Shown: positions 38,877-52,219, counted from the stretch's first letter. The stretch: DNA of 61,815 nucleotides from Selaginella moellendorffii (GCF_000143415.4 NW_003314360.1:363572-425386); one strand, 5' to 3'. The notes: generated by a model not told the origin, from the letters alone. Made by a program: numbers and translations.

Positions 38877-39824
38877 TTAGTCTAACCGATGTCTTTTTGC
38901 CTCATTGCCATCTCCACTCTTCGAGCTATGACGAAGCAACGGCCGTTTCTTCCCTGAGAATGAAGTATTGGTGGGTTGGTCATCACGTTGACCACCCCGG
39001 AGACCATCCTTTTGACCAACGTTGACCGAGTTGACCGACGGTTTGGGCGAAAAGATTTGAGCCTTAGTGATAGCATCAGTCAATGTTGCTGGAAAATCCT
39101 TCTTGACCTTCTGCTGCACATCCACCGAGCTCAATCCTTTGATAAAACATTGCACCTTTAGCAGCTCATTATAGGTGCCTGTGAGACTAAGGCAAAGATC
39201 ACGGAACTTGCGGGCATACGCATTCAAAGACAAAGTCCCCTGCCGGATCTCTAACAACTGATTCACGAGATCAACCTCTTCAAACTTCTTGACAAACGAA
39301 GCGCGGAAAACCTTTGTCAAATCAGTCCAAGAAGTCGACATTGGATTAGCTTTGATGTAGTTCTTCCACCACGAAGAAGCATGGCCCGTAAGCTTCGTCA
39401 CAAAAAAATCTATCTTCACCTTATCCTCACAAGAATTGTGAGACCAACAACTTTCCCACAATTCCAACCAAGAATCAACCTCTTGACTATCACAAACATC
39501 CAGTGATGATTTCCATTCCACGATACCATAATCCTTGGCATGCTTGACGTACCAATGGTAATCACGGACATGAGATTGATTCAACCCTTGAGGGTTCATG
39601 CGAAGCAAGAAATCCTTGATGAGATTGACGGAATCCTTAACCTCCTTTATGTCGCTCTGAACTGCAGAAATCTGGCGTCCTTGCCGCAGAATGACATCAT
39701 CAAGAGTCTCTTCGGCATCGTCATGGCTATCCTCACTAATGCCATACTCCTCATCAGGATCAATATCTTGCTCACCCGCCATCCCCAAAAGAACGTGCTG
39801 CTCCGATACCAATGAAACGAACAA
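38877..39824 (-). CDS. gag: Ty3/gypsy gag
   Basis: Retrotrans_gag motifs (LTGHASSWW, IRQGTLSLNAYARKF, FIKGL); in frame with pol. Confidence 0.85.
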   Translation of the reverse strand: MFVSLVSEQHVLLGMAGEQDIDPDEEYGISEDSHDDAEETLDDVILRQGRQISAVQSDIKEVKDSVNLIKDFLLRMNPQGLNQSHVRDYHWYVKHAKDYGIVEWKSSLDVCDSQEVDSWLELWESCWSHNSCEDKVKIDFFVTKLTGHASSWWKNYIKANPMSTSWTDLTKVFRASFVKKFEEVDLVNQLLEIRQGTLSLNAYARKFRDLCLSLTGTYNELLKVQCFIKGLSSVDVQQKVKKDFPATLTDAITKAQIFSPKPSVNSVNVGQKDGLRGGQRDDQPTNTSFSGKKRPLLRHSSKSGDGNEAKRHRLD

Positions 39825-40544
39825 GAGAGCGAACCCTAGGCCAACCTCCCAACCCTTAAGGCGTTACGGCCTTAAATCCCACAGGCCATGGAATATTCTC
39901 GGAATATTCCCGTAGTTCGTGTCAATATGTCATATGTTAAGAGTCATTTTATATATGATGAACACAAGAGTGATATAAGATGGGTGTGTATGGACTTAGG
40001 GCATGTTATCATTTTGGATCTTCTCCTCTTCCTGGTTTCTCTTCCTCCTGTCCTTTTCCTTCTCCATGTGTAGCATATGTGATCATTATAGTGCACGTGG
40101 TTTTTACCTTGTATTTTATGGTGATTTACCATAGAATAACCACAAAGTGGTACCTAAACCATCCATGTGCCACGTGCCACATCCTACATGTCTATAGACT
40201 TGAGTTTTAGGGCATTGGGCCACTGCATGAAGGAATAGAGTCAAACTCCCAAGTACGGAGCCAAGGAGCGACGAAACTGGAGCACAGAGCAACTCTCGAC
40301 CATACAACCCAAGAAGCATAGGGACAAGAGCATGGAATGATTTGAAATAGTCCTAGAGCATCCAACATCCTAATGCCAGGATTAGCACACAAAATGGAGC
40401 TAAATGGAATTTGGCACATACCGTTCGCCTAACGCGAGGATATGGGTACTCCACCAACTAGCATAGTGTGGAACTTGGGCTTAGACCCAAGCTAGATGTA
40501 GAACAAAGACAAACACGCAAGTGGGAGTTAAATTATACCTCAGA

Positions 40545-40954
40545 TTGAGGAACACACGCTTTGGGCTTTCACTCTTAGCCACCCTTAGTACAAGGAGTTA
40601 GTCTCTAAGATTAACTCAAAACTTATTCCCTAGCCATGTGTCATAGGGACTGCTGGTCAAACTCATCCCTGCTGGTCAACCACCCCACTGCACCAACAGC
40701 CGTGATTGCCCCACTTAACCCCCATTTAATCGCCCTAAGCACACCCCATAAATGCCCTTTGCTAAGTTAAACCCCCTCCCATGAACCCAATAAATTTAAG
40801 CAACACAAAATATGTAACAGAGAGGTGGTGGAGGCCTATAGGATTTTGAGGCCCTCAAAATCCACTAGGCCTCCACTAGAGACTAACATCTTAGAGACTA
40901 ACTCCTGGTACTAAGGGTGGCTAAGGGTGAAAGCCCAAAGCATGTGTTCCTCAA
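40545..40954. repeat. 67-bp inverted repeat pair enclosing about 275 bp (MITE-like or inversion)
   Basis: 40545-40611 vs 40888-40954; the same arm also occurs at about 20020-20086. Confidence 0.7.
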
Positions 40955-42109
40955 CCTGGCTCTTACTCATTGATTAAATCAGGATTAGCTTCATACCACA
41001 ACTTTATTATATTGTCTTTAATGTTTGAGGAGTTATCTTTACCTAGCCTCAATGCACATAAGAAAAGGCCTTTTAAATCAGTCTCAAAACCTAAGAACAA
41101 GAGAGGGTTTCATGGCCAATGTCTATACAGATTCTGTGCTTCAATTCCCAGATTTATTATCCACTAGGTGATGATCTCTTGCCCCAGCTAGCATTTACCA
41201 TCTAGACTGGAAATAGTTGAAGTTGAGTTTTGATCGATGCAGTATTTATGGCATGACATGGAGATGCACACATATTCCCTTGATCCAGGCGGGAAGAATC
41301 CTCAATAAGAGACAAATGAGATATGTTGAGAGACGGCTATAAAAGGAAGAGGATGACAACAGTAGTCTCATGCCTCTTGAAGCATTTAGGAATGTTTAAA
41401 ATGTTTAATTGTGTAGCTGAGTGTTGCACTCAGAGTGATTTATAGAGCTTTGATTGTAGCTCACAGTTCACCTCTGGAAACAGTGCATCCCTAAACAATC
41501 TGTTTACTAACTTGCAGCTCACTAGGTTCTTGATTGGATGAGACATAGGACCTCCTACCTTTGGTTTTGGCTCAGACTTTGCTAGGTCAAAACAGCCAGA
41601 GTGTTCACAGGTCTGCATAGATGGGATGTCGTCCTGGACACAGTACTACAGCCATTCTCATTGCAGGTTTAGGCCTGCTTTTGCTTCACTAGGTAGTTTT
41701 CTCCAGAGGGCAGTACATCTGGTTTTTGGTTTGCTGGGACTGGGATGGTAGTGAATATACCTAGAATATGCTTGGATATTCTAGGATATTCTACCAGCTA
41801 ACGGTTGGTATTCATTTAGATTAATCTGGTATTTATAATTTATAAACATGTTTATAATTTATAAACTTTCTTAAACCCTTTCTAGTATATTCTTTTTTAT
41901 TCTATCATCTAATGGTTGATATGCAATATAATTAATCTTGTATTTATAAATTACAAACATGCTTATAATTATAAACTTTATTTGATCAATTAGATTAATA
42001 AGTAATAATAAAACTACCATTAAGAAAACCAAGCGTTGCTACATGCAACGCGTAGCAATTTATTTGTATTAGTCCCTATAGGACATTTCCTCAAAACAAA
42101 TATAGGGTT

Positions 42110-44703
42110 GTTGCAAACCAAATAAATTCTTTACAAGCTCCAACCTCCCAACTCAAGGTGTTGCCTTAAATCCCCTAGGCCAATATTGTGTCATTCTTCT
42201 ATCCCTTATGAAAAAGCTACATATAGTAGCCTTGAAAAGCTAAATAAGCCTTACGTGATGAGAATCCAAAGCAATATGGCCATGGAGAAAAGATGTACAA
42301 ATATATGAAATTATCTAGTGCTCACAATACTATTGAGATAATTTAACACTGCCACCTCCTTTCAAAGATTATTGTGCATGCAATAGCTTAAGGAAGACCT
42401 TGTCACTAATTTTATACTCCTATGAAGATGATGTTTATGAATCAGTCTCTTCTCTCATTCTTGAGCTTATCTCACAGTCAACTTTGCCAACTCAAGTTTG
42501 TTTTCCATATCCTCTAAGAAATCACAAGTATGAGGCATTTGAACCATAGCCAAACTCAAACTCATGGGAGACTTAAGTTCATAGCTATACATACATGAAT
42601 AGTAACATGGAGCGCTATTATGAATAAACTGGAGTAAAAGCAAGTATTTTTTCCATACTCCTTATTGAGTCAAGTTTCTCATAAGCATATCTTCCAACAA
42701 TTGATTTATAAGCTCTATTTACCCATTTGATTATAGATGCTCACCATGCTCATACTTAGCTTAGTTTATAGCTTATCAAAAACCATTTTCTAAAACTTAG
42801 ATGTGAACTTAGGAGTAAACCTCATTGCCTCCTTCAACACAACCAGCAAAAACTTCATTGGATACTTAGGATGGCACTCCATCAACTAAGCCTATAGCAA
42901 TCAAGGCTGTTGTATTTTCCTAGAAAGTGGGACCATTAAGGTTTGCCTTAGAGATTGAATAATCAGTCTACAAATACCTAAATAAGTTTAGAAGTTTTAA
43001 TTTTTATCTTCATTGGGAAGAAGTGAGCCATGTTTCCCACTGATTGCCACCCATCTGCAGCTAACTCGCTCTCCCTAAAGCTAAAGCCACAAGCACCAAA
43101 CACAATGCAGTGCTGAGTAATGTGGCATGGATTATTTGGTCTCAAGCATGGGGTAGTGATATGGCAATACTAACAGAAATGTTTACTCCTCTTTGTTTGG
43201 GTTTTGGCCAACTTGACCACTAGGGTGATAAGTTGGGGAGATAGGGTTTTGGCTTTGGGTTTTGGGGAGTAGGGAATGGTTGATGTAGCCATATTCATCA
43301 AATAATCAATAACAACCCAAATAACATCATTTACTAAGGACAAACTAATGATAAAGTCCATTGAGATGTTATCCTATTTTTTCTTGGGTAGATGTGTAGA
43401 TAGAGGCTTGTGAACTTTTGATGATCAACTTTGATTTCCTGGTAAGTCAAATAACCATGTATGTACTTCTCAACACTTGACTTCATCCCAAGCCAAAAAA
43501 ATGCCTCTTCACCAATATATATGTCTTCAGTACCATTGGATGTTTAACACTTAGCACATCATGACACTAAACTAAGATCTATTTGATGAGTTTGTTAACA
43601 TAAAGAACCACTACACATCCTTTCTTTACCAAGATTCTATTTTATACCTTAAAAGGCACAAACTTATCACCTTTCAAATTTGTAGAGGTGTCCCTCAATA
43701 AAGTGATAAAGGAGTTAAAGTCAAAAAACTCTTTAAACTCATCTAAGAGATTGTTGGATAGCTTTTTAAATGAGATAGAATTCATCATCTTGGATAATAT
43801 GTTAGCACCATTAGATCTTGACAAATATCTTCTACAAGAACTCTTGTCAATAAGTAAATTGGCCTTGAAGATCTTTTTGATGACTGAAATATTAGAGAGA
43901 TTGATGGTTTGAGTCCACATCCATACATATAATATCACTATTTCTTCAAAGTAACAATCATGGCATACAACTCCTTATTTCAAGTAGGCCAATTTCACTA
44001 TATGGCATCAGACTTATGGCTTATGTATGTGAGAGAATGCCCAACTTGAAGCAATATGTCTCTAATAGCAATGTCACTTTAATTTGTCTCAATCACAAAA
44101 GAGTTTTTAGGATTAAAAATCTTCAAAAGACTCAACATTGCTTCAATCACTAAAATGATATTTGACACTTCTCATCCCAACTATGAATTTCAATATGTTC
44201 TAAAAAAGATCAACCAAAAGAGTAGATATCTTTGAGAAGTCTTTCACAAATTGTTGAAAAACTCTAGCCATACCAAAGAGATCATGCACTATTAAAGGTA
44301 TAGGCCAATCAAGCATAACTTGAATTTTTGTGGGATTAGCTGTAGTAAATCAAATGCCCAAGATATCCAATTTTCTCTAAGAAAAACTTGCACTTGGAAT
44401 AACTTTAAGTAGATTTTGTTGTCCCTTAAATGTTGCAAAACATTTTTACATATGTCATATTCCTCCACTATAAAGCTAAATACAAGAATATCATCAAAGC
44501 AATCAATAGTAAACATCCTCAAGTAAGGTTGTAAAATTTGATTCATCACCTTTGAAAAGTTGTAGAAACTTTTGTCAAACCAAACAGCATTACAAAAACT
44601 CATAGTGACCTGTCCTTGTTCAGAATGTAGTCTTTGGAACATCTTTCAGTTTAACACAAATATGATGATATGTTGCCTCAAATGAATCTTTATAAAGTAT
44701 TAA
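42110..44703 (-). mobile_element. Heavily decayed Ty3/gypsy copy related to 36201-39920 (RT-RNase H-IN + 3' LTR), cut by the Sola-like element
   Basis: 43290-44700 is colinear with 36250-37765 with pervasive C->T/G->A changes; PPT-like sequence near 42350; LTR-like CCAACCTCCCAAC...CCTTAAATCCC. Confidence 0.8.
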
Positions 44704-45356
44704 ATGCTTTATTTCGTTAAAGTGGGATTTATTCAGTAAAATGGGACTAGGTACAAATTTTCAAGTATTTGAAAATGACGTGAAATTATATGTTTTTTGT
44801 CCAGGGGCTAGACATATCTGGGGCATGGTGACTAGCGCGGTGACTTTGTGTCCAGACTGAGTCCATCTGGTTGTATAATAAATCTTATTGTCAAAGTGAA
44901 CAAGCCGAATCTGAAGCTAAAGAAGAGTGATGGCATGCGCGCACACACTATTTGTTTGTTCATTGAGCGTGTGGTGAGCTTTCCAAGATGAACGTCATTC
45001 CTATTAGCCAGACATATAACTTAATGGTGAGAACATTTAGATATTATTCAATGTTATCTTTTTCTAACGAATCTAATTGTGAAGGTATAGCAAGAGGCAT
45101 TGCTAGTCTGGAGAAGTCATTTAACTCATTTGATTTATTTTCATGAAACTAAATAACATTCATATTATTAAGGAATTTCTCTAGTACCTTTTTTTTACGA
45201 CATAGAGGCTTGCATTTCTTTCAAAGGTGATTTAGTAAAAGGCCTGAGGGCACATGCCATTCTATTTCTCAGACTGGTATTAAGATATACTAGTGCAAAG
45301 GGAAAAAGGTATTTGGTGATCAAGTAAATGGCATGAGGGCACACGCCATTATAAGT

Positions 45357-45629
45357 CTAAGCGCTAGTGGACACCTCCTTTTTGGTACTCTCAGCGGTAC
45401 TATCATCCTTCTCCGGGTCAGTTGTTTTGCTTTGGATTGTTGTCTCTGACGTTACTGGGGCGTTCTCGATAGTTGTTAATGTTGCCGTTTGTTCAATAAA
45501 ATGATCACCTGGAGTATAGTATGGGGAGTTTGGAAGACTTATATATTCTACATCTTCACTTATCTCCTTCTCCGTCTCCTTTTCTGCCTCACTTACAGAT
45601 TTTGTGCTTGCCATGAGAACGCTCTTCAC
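45357..45629 (-). CDS. Small Ser/Thr-rich ORF ('ISLPxSPYYTPG'), homolog of 14465-14710
   Basis: YISLPNSPYYTPG...NAPVTSETTIQSK...DSTAEST; followed by palindromes in the putative 3' UTR. Confidence 0.55.
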   Translation of the reverse strand: MKSVLMASTKSVSEAEKETEKEISEDVEYISLPNSPYYTPGDHFIEQTATLTTIENAPVTSETTIQSKTTDPEKDDSTAESTKKEVSTSA

Positions 45630-46353
45630 CCTAAAATATGGAGTTCACTGTGTTATAAAAGGAAACCAACACACACGCTGCAAGGGAATGATGGTACATA
45701 AAGCACGTAAGCCCACAATATGGGTTTATGTGTCATTAATATGGGCCACACGCCATATTATTAGATTTATGCATGTGTGATTGGTAAATGCATATGTCAC
45801 ATCATCTTTGTTTTACCTCACACACTATATCAGGCCTAATGAACCATATCACATGTGCGCACATGCTATATATATGGAGAAGTATTATGCAAGGATAGAA
45901 AAATTCAATGCATGATTGTGGAGAGCAATGGCATGAAGCCACATGCTAAATAACATTTTAGAGAAAGAATTAAAATAAAAACATGCAAACAGTACTGAGT
46001 GGACCAAGACTTAGAAGTGCACAATTGAATGAGGTATTTCTAATAAATATTTCACTCACCTCATATAGGAATGGCTACCACTCTCAAATGGCGTATCGCC
46101 TCATGCCATCACCTCGCAATTTGTTATAACAATCCGATGAATTCATATTCGGCTTGTTCACCTTGAACTTTAAGTAAGATTTGCTAGAACAACTAAGAAT
46201 TTATACTTGTTATTTGTATCATCTCACCTAGGAATGGCGTAAGGCCACATGCCATCACGCCTCCTCTGATTCAGATTCGGATTGTTCACCTTGAAATAAA
46301 ATACATTAGAAACTTAGTAAAGGAATATTAATGAATCTCACCTTGAACCCAGG

Positions 46354-49095
46354 TTATGAATGCTCTTGCTGCATCTCTTGCATGGTCTGGCAGGTGATGG
46401 TGGCACTCTGCTTCCGCATCCAACCATGCACAACATTATCCACCGATATGCTCATGCTGGGATCCCTTGGATTCAGCACCCATCTCTTTTCTAGGCAATC
46501 CTTCGTATATCCGGAACTTGGCTTGAACCACTCCACAGTTACATTGAAGGAGTTAGTTTCCGCGTCCTCCTCTGCATCAGTGATGCAGCGCCCCACCCAT
46601 ATCATTTGTTTTTTATTACTGGGTCTGACAAGCACGACCATTCCTTTGCAGACCTGTACTGGATTGAATGCTGAATCCGGCTTCTTGTTCCTCGGCCCAC
46701 AATAGTGATCCTCAACATCATTATCTGTCACTGCATTTCCAGAGGACATTGTTCCACTACTATCTGGTGCTCTGGGTTCTGGCCAAAAGGACTCTTCCAA
46801 TTCTTCATATACAACCGGCCCATTTTGGATAGCAGATATAATCTTCTCCCAGTATTCGAGCAAAGGCTTGCACCTCTGAAAATAGGATTCTCCACCAAAC
46901 ACCAACCCCCTCTTCCAGAAGGCAATATGCTGTCTAATCCCGGCCACTATACTTTCCTGGTCTTTGAGTCCATCCGGGTGCATCAGCCGTGGGGAACCCT
47001 GAGGAATTATAGGTTCCCCAGTTATGGGATCTCTCTTGAAGAGTTCAATGCCGTCCACTGGCAGCCACACTGTGTCCCATTCTCTCATCTTGTACCTCAT
47101 CACTGGAGCATCGTCACGCATGCTGAAATGAAACTGAAGAGGCTTGGAGTGGCCAATCAGCGTTTCGGATCCGTCCCTGATGTAGCCTCTTACAAACCCC
47201 TTAAAGTCTGGAACCTCTGTCACAAGTGCAGCTTCAACAATGCCTTTGATGCAATTTTGGAATTCATCGTAGAGTTGTGGGAGGGTGAGGACATTGGATC
47301 GCCGGAGGGACTCTGCCAGGTGACTGAACATGGCATCGACGTCTTCATGAGTGTGCCCAACCATGAGAAAGCCAAGTGTAACCGTTTCAAATATGCCTTT
47401 GGCAACAAGCATCGCCAAGTACGCGAAGACGTACATGTTTTTGTTCTCACTGCCAGCATTGTCTGTTTGGAGCAGAAGATGGGGTGGAAGGCCACATCGG
47501 CCGCAAGAACTTCCTTGAGATTCTGCTTCGTTTGGATGAGGTTGTGCATTCACCGGGCGACCAGCCTCGTCGGAATGGCATGAGGCCTCACGTGATAACC
47601 CTATAATCTGACGGCCAACATATTCACTGGGATGGCATGGGGCCCCACACGATACTGCAAGCCTTTGCTCCTCCTCCAGCTGAACCCTGTATGGGGTTCG
47701 ATCAACAAGGGCCTTATGCAAGGGTTGGCCGTTCAGCTCAGTCTGCGCACTTTGCAGAGACCTTAAGTGTTTTGCTAGGGACGCAATCATCATGTTTGCA
47801 CCCCCGCCACCCCATAGAGGTACAAAGAAGTTCCTATAGTTCTGGGCACCATGCCCATGAGCGATTATGCCAAATAGAGACACAGACAGCTGCATGGATG
47901 AAGAGATTGCCTTGGGGGCAGGATTGAGTCGAGGTAAGCACATCTTTTTCTAGTCCATTTTGTCGTGGATGATGCAGAGGTAAGAGTCAGGTCTCTCCAT
48001 GGAGAGAATCCTGTTATGATAATATGCAGTCCTGCAACTTCTCTGCTCGATGTTGTGGTCGAGCCGCCTTCTAACCAATGTCTCTCGCTCTTGAGCGATG
48101 CAAGAATTCTTCGACAAAGCCATTTTGATAGCAGTGCACTCGTCACACTTTGAAAAGCTGGAGTACTTTCCTATACTCACATCCCTGAACCTGTTGCTCC
48201 ACAATCTACTAAATCTAGATTGGCTCAGCTTCTTGTAGCCATTACTCTGGAGTTCCCGATTCACATCTTCCAATATGGCCCCCTTGGTATACATGGAAGG
48301 GAGAACTCGTTGGGTGTCTCGAGTTCCATCTTCTAAGAGGCGGGTTTTATGTGGTTGCTGTTCGCTACATGTCTCGACAAACCTCTTGAAGATTGCCTCT
48401 CCATATACAACATGACCCCTGGTTTTGTGAGTACTGTCGTTCCCATGGACTGCCTATTGAACCCTTTGTTCCTCGAACTCAGTTTTGATTCTGTAGAATG
48501 TGGTTCGAGGGACTCCATAAATGATTCTCCATGCCTTCATGCAGACCAAACCCCTCTGGAAGACCATGCCCCCCACCTGATGTTCTGAAGCATCAACAGA
48601 TGACCGTAATGCCTTATACACAAAATTGCGAGCTGCCTTCCAGGACAATGTCTTGTATCTTGCTCTCTCCTCTTCAATAGCATCCCAATCAGCATGTTGA
48701 CAGCACCTCCTCTTGCAACAAGCAACTGTCGAGACCATTCAAACCTCCATCGCCATTTTCTGCCTTTTCGGTTCGTTGCTCAGATCCCTTTGGCTGCGCT
48801 TTAGGAAGGTGTACTTTCTTTTCCCATGAAGAGATGTTCTGTCATCAGTTGTAGTGGTGTTTGATTGTGAATCCTTCACATTCTCAAACACTAAGTGCCT
48901 CAATTTCCACCGCACAATGCTTCCAATAGTCAGACTGTTTTCTTCTGTGTCAACAACCTCTAAAATCGCAACTCCAATATCATCCCAGCCCAATTCTTGA
49001 TTAGCAACCGCATCTCTTGGATCGACAACTGTGGCTAAGCCCTCAGCTACCACCTCCCCCTTGGGGTTGTTTAGAAACACCTTTGCCTGATCCAT
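46354..49095 (-). pseudogene. Sola1/DUF7869-like DDD transposase (about 910 codons, three nonsense codons)
   Basis: One frame with stops at 48739 (TGA), 48454 (TAG) and 47950 (TAG). Motifs CCKRRC, VCMKAW..YGV, FSKCDEC, IIHDKMD(Q), LQTDNAGSENKN and FLMVGHTHEDVDAMFS; C-terminal SH3/Tudor-like beta domain. Confidence 0.75.
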
Positions 49096-49947
49096 GTAGC
49101 ACGGTTTTAAGATCCACGGAGGGACATGCGTCGCANNNNNNNNNNNNNNNNNNNNNNNNNNNNNNNNNNNNNNNNNNNNNNNNNNNNNNNNNNNNNNNNN
49201 NNNNNNNNNNNNNNNNNNNNNNNNNNNNNNNNNNNNNNNNNNNNNNNNNNNNNNNNNNNNNNNNNNNNNNNNNNNNNNNNNNNNNNNNNNNNNNNNNNNN
49301 NNNNNNNNNNNNNNNNNNNNNNNNNNNNNNNNNNNNNNNNNNNNNNNNNNNNNNNNNNNNNNNNNNNNNNNNNNNNNNNNNNNNNNNNNNNNNNNNNNNN
49401 NNNNNNNNNNNNNNNNNNNNNNNNNNNNNNNNNNNNNNNNNNNNNNNNNNNNNNNNNNNNNNNNNNNNNNNNNNNNNNNNNNNNNNNNNNNNNNNNNNNN
49501 NNNNNNNNNNNNNNNNNNNNNNNNNNNNNNNNNNNNNNNNNNNNNNNNNNNNNNNNNNNNNNNNNNNNNNNNNNNNNNNNNNNNNNNNNNNNNNNNNNNN
49601 NNNNNNNNNNNNNNNNNNNNNNNNNNNNNNNNNNNNNNNNNNNNNNNNNNNNNNNNNNNNNNNNNNNNNNNNNNNNNNNNNNNNNNNNNNNNNNNNNNNN
49701 NNNNNNNNNNNNNNNNNNNNNNNNNNNNNNNNNNNNNNNNNNNNNNNNNNNNNNNNNNNNNNNNNNNNNNNNNNNNNNNNNNNNNNNNNNNNNNNNNNNN
49801 NNNNNNNNNNNNNNNNNNNNNNNNNNNNNNNNNNNNNNNNNNNNNNNNNNNNNNNNNNNNNNNNNNNNNNNNNNNNNNNNNNNNNNNNNNNNNNNNNNNN
49901 NNNNNNNNNNNNNNNNNNNNNNNNNNNNNNNATTAGTGGTACCACTA

Positions 49948-50139
49948 ATGGCATGAGGCCTCACGCTATCTTTGGCCCCTGCTAGCCTGTTGTTATATTC
50001 CTTTTGCCTTGCTGCAACTGTATATATTTTTGTGTGCGTGACTAGTCACCCATACAAAAATATATACAGTTGCAACAAGGCAAAAGGAATATGGCAATAG
50101 GCTAGCAGGGGCCAAAGATGGCATGAGGCCTCATGCCAT
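49948..50139. repeat. ~190-bp near-perfect hairpin capped by two 22-bp palindromes
   Basis: Arms TCTTTGGCCCCTGCTAGCCT...TATATTTTTGT / ACAAAAATATATA...AGGCTAGCAGGGGCCAAAGA centred on GTGACTAGTCAC. Confidence 0.9.
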
Positions 50140-50331
50140 CTTGATATACACACAGCTGCAGGCAAGTAAAAACATACATGACAATACGCTAGCCATGAAA
50201 TTGCAAGGGCCCAAGATGGCATGTGGCCTCATGCCATTTCTAAATGTGGTCCTAAGCCATTCCATGGTGAACATACCAGGAAGCACAAGTGCCGAATATC
50301 AAGAGGAAGCGGTAGCCACACCAAAGACAGT

Positions 50332-50520
50332 GCCGCTCGCAACACCGCAACTATTCGTAGCGCCGCTCGCAACACCGCAACTGCTCGTAGCGCCGCTCGC
50401 AACACCGCAACTGCTCGTAGCGCCGCTCGCACAAATTGCCACTCGTATAAACTGCCGCTCGCATAAACTGCTGCTCGCAATGGCACTCGCAATGCCGCAA
50501 CCGCTCGTAGACGCATAAAC
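50332..50520. repeat. 30-bp CpG-rich tandem repeat
   Basis: GCCGCTCGCAACACCGCAACTGCTCGTAGC x3 plus degenerate copies. Confidence 0.85.
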
Positions 50521-52151
50521 CACAGCTCACAACGCCGCTTACACAAGCAGCGCTCATTGCGCTCAGCGGAACCAAGAACACGGCGCACAAAAATGATAGA
50601 CCTAGGAATGAGTTCAAGAATTCAAAAATAACACACGCTTGAACGTCACATCAAATCCTCTGACAAACCAGATCTTATGATTCCTCTGACAAATTTCAAA
50701 CTGAGTAGCTTCTAGACTTTGCTGTCGGAGGTTGAACTTTGTCACATCATGTCCTTGCCTCGATCCAGCTGTGCCATGTCAGTGATTCGAACTTTGCCAT
50801 GCCATGTCAGCGATCCGCGCCAAGATTATTCGCCGTGTAAAGGAATAATTATGCTGTGTGTGTACGTCCATTTATGGCAATATAAGGCCACACGCCATTC
50901 AAAGAATAATGCTAGTCGAGCATTTTTTGGTGCATTTTTGGGTTCAAACTTGCATGAGCCCACACGCTATAAAGTTTACCTGTACCAAAAATAGAAACAG
51001 CTTTATTTACTTGGGAATTTAAGTGGTTGAGGCATTTTTAAACTTACAAACACATGCCCTACTTACGTTCCTTTGGTTGCTTAAAATTCAAAAATATTAT
51101 AAACCTTTCTTTTTGCATTTTCAATGTTTTCAATTATGGTTTTTGATTTTCGCAAGACCAGCCTAGTAATTAGCAATTCAGTAGCTTGATAAACATGCAA
51201 ATACAGAACTTGATGCAAAATCCTTTGATATGTTAGGACCATAAACACATTTCAATAGAGAGGGTCCTTTCATTTCATAACTCCTTACGTAGATCTTGGT
51301 GAAACCAGAGTTAGTGAAGTTGGTTTCAACATTGCTAAACATTGTAAGGCTCGTGTAGTCTCATGTGGTGTCCGATCGAGATGCTTCTTTGCAGGGTCAT
51401 TAAGAAGGACATTGTATACCATTCTTTATTTAGCTGAACATCTGGCATTTTTGGAAATACAAGATGCTTTGGAATATCCAATCATAAATGGTATAAATAT
51501 AGCGAGGGTATTAAATGATATCCCAATCCTGATCTTTCTTTTGGATTTCGCGTGCATGCAGTCCGAGGAATGATGACATTGCGGATTTCTTTTGGATTTC
51601 ACGTGCATGCATGCACGCGGCGATCCAGAAATTAATGGTGGCGCCCAAGTCCGACGAATGATGACGTTGCGGGATTACCAAACGTCGTGACATTTCACGC
51701 GTGTGAGGTTAGGTTTTGCATTTTGCTTCGTACTCGTGCTTGCACACTCGCGCTTGCATCGCGCTCCCACTCGCGATCACGCTCACATTCGCGCTCATCT
51801 ACCTTCTCTACAGGTTTCTCGTGTGCATCGGCGTCCACTTGAGCTTGCATCACACTCGCGCTCGCATCGCGCTCGTGTGCATTGGCGTCCACTTCAAGAC
51901 ACACCCAGTTTGTAACTTCGCCGCCAACTCCGCCGCCCACTCCGCCACCCACACACAGCCCACTTGGCATCCCGGGAGATTTCAGCGCCACTCTCCAACT
52001 GTAAGTGGCAGAGTAGCCTTGCTGCTACGATCCGCTGCACACACAATGCACATTCGCCAGCGAGTCCGGCCTCGATTGTCACGCCTCCATTTGGCTTCAA
52101 ATGGTAAGTCTTTTAGGCCAAGTAGAAAATGGCATGAGGCCACATGCCATT

Positions 52152-52183
52152 CAGCCAAGGGAACGGACTTGGAAGAATCAGCC

Positions 52184-52219
<36 letters not shown>

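Larger units (their letters stand above)
36201..39920 (-). mobile_element. Ty3/gypsy LTR retrotransposon, 3'-truncated inside integrase
   Basis: PBS TGGTATCGGAGC (39800-39811, minus strand) next to the LTR end at 39813. Gag (KLTGHASSWW), CCHC knuckle, protease (LFDPGATHNF), RT (YFDD), RNase H (VETDASD) and integrase HHCC + SMDFI. One in-frame TAA at 38877 and a frameshift near 36900. Confidence 0.95.

Noticed and set aside
46354-49095. Stops repaired by U-to-C RNA editing or selenocysteine
   Set aside because: Such editing is organellar and land plants lack Sec machinery; 5mC deamination explains the stops and matches window-wide decay.
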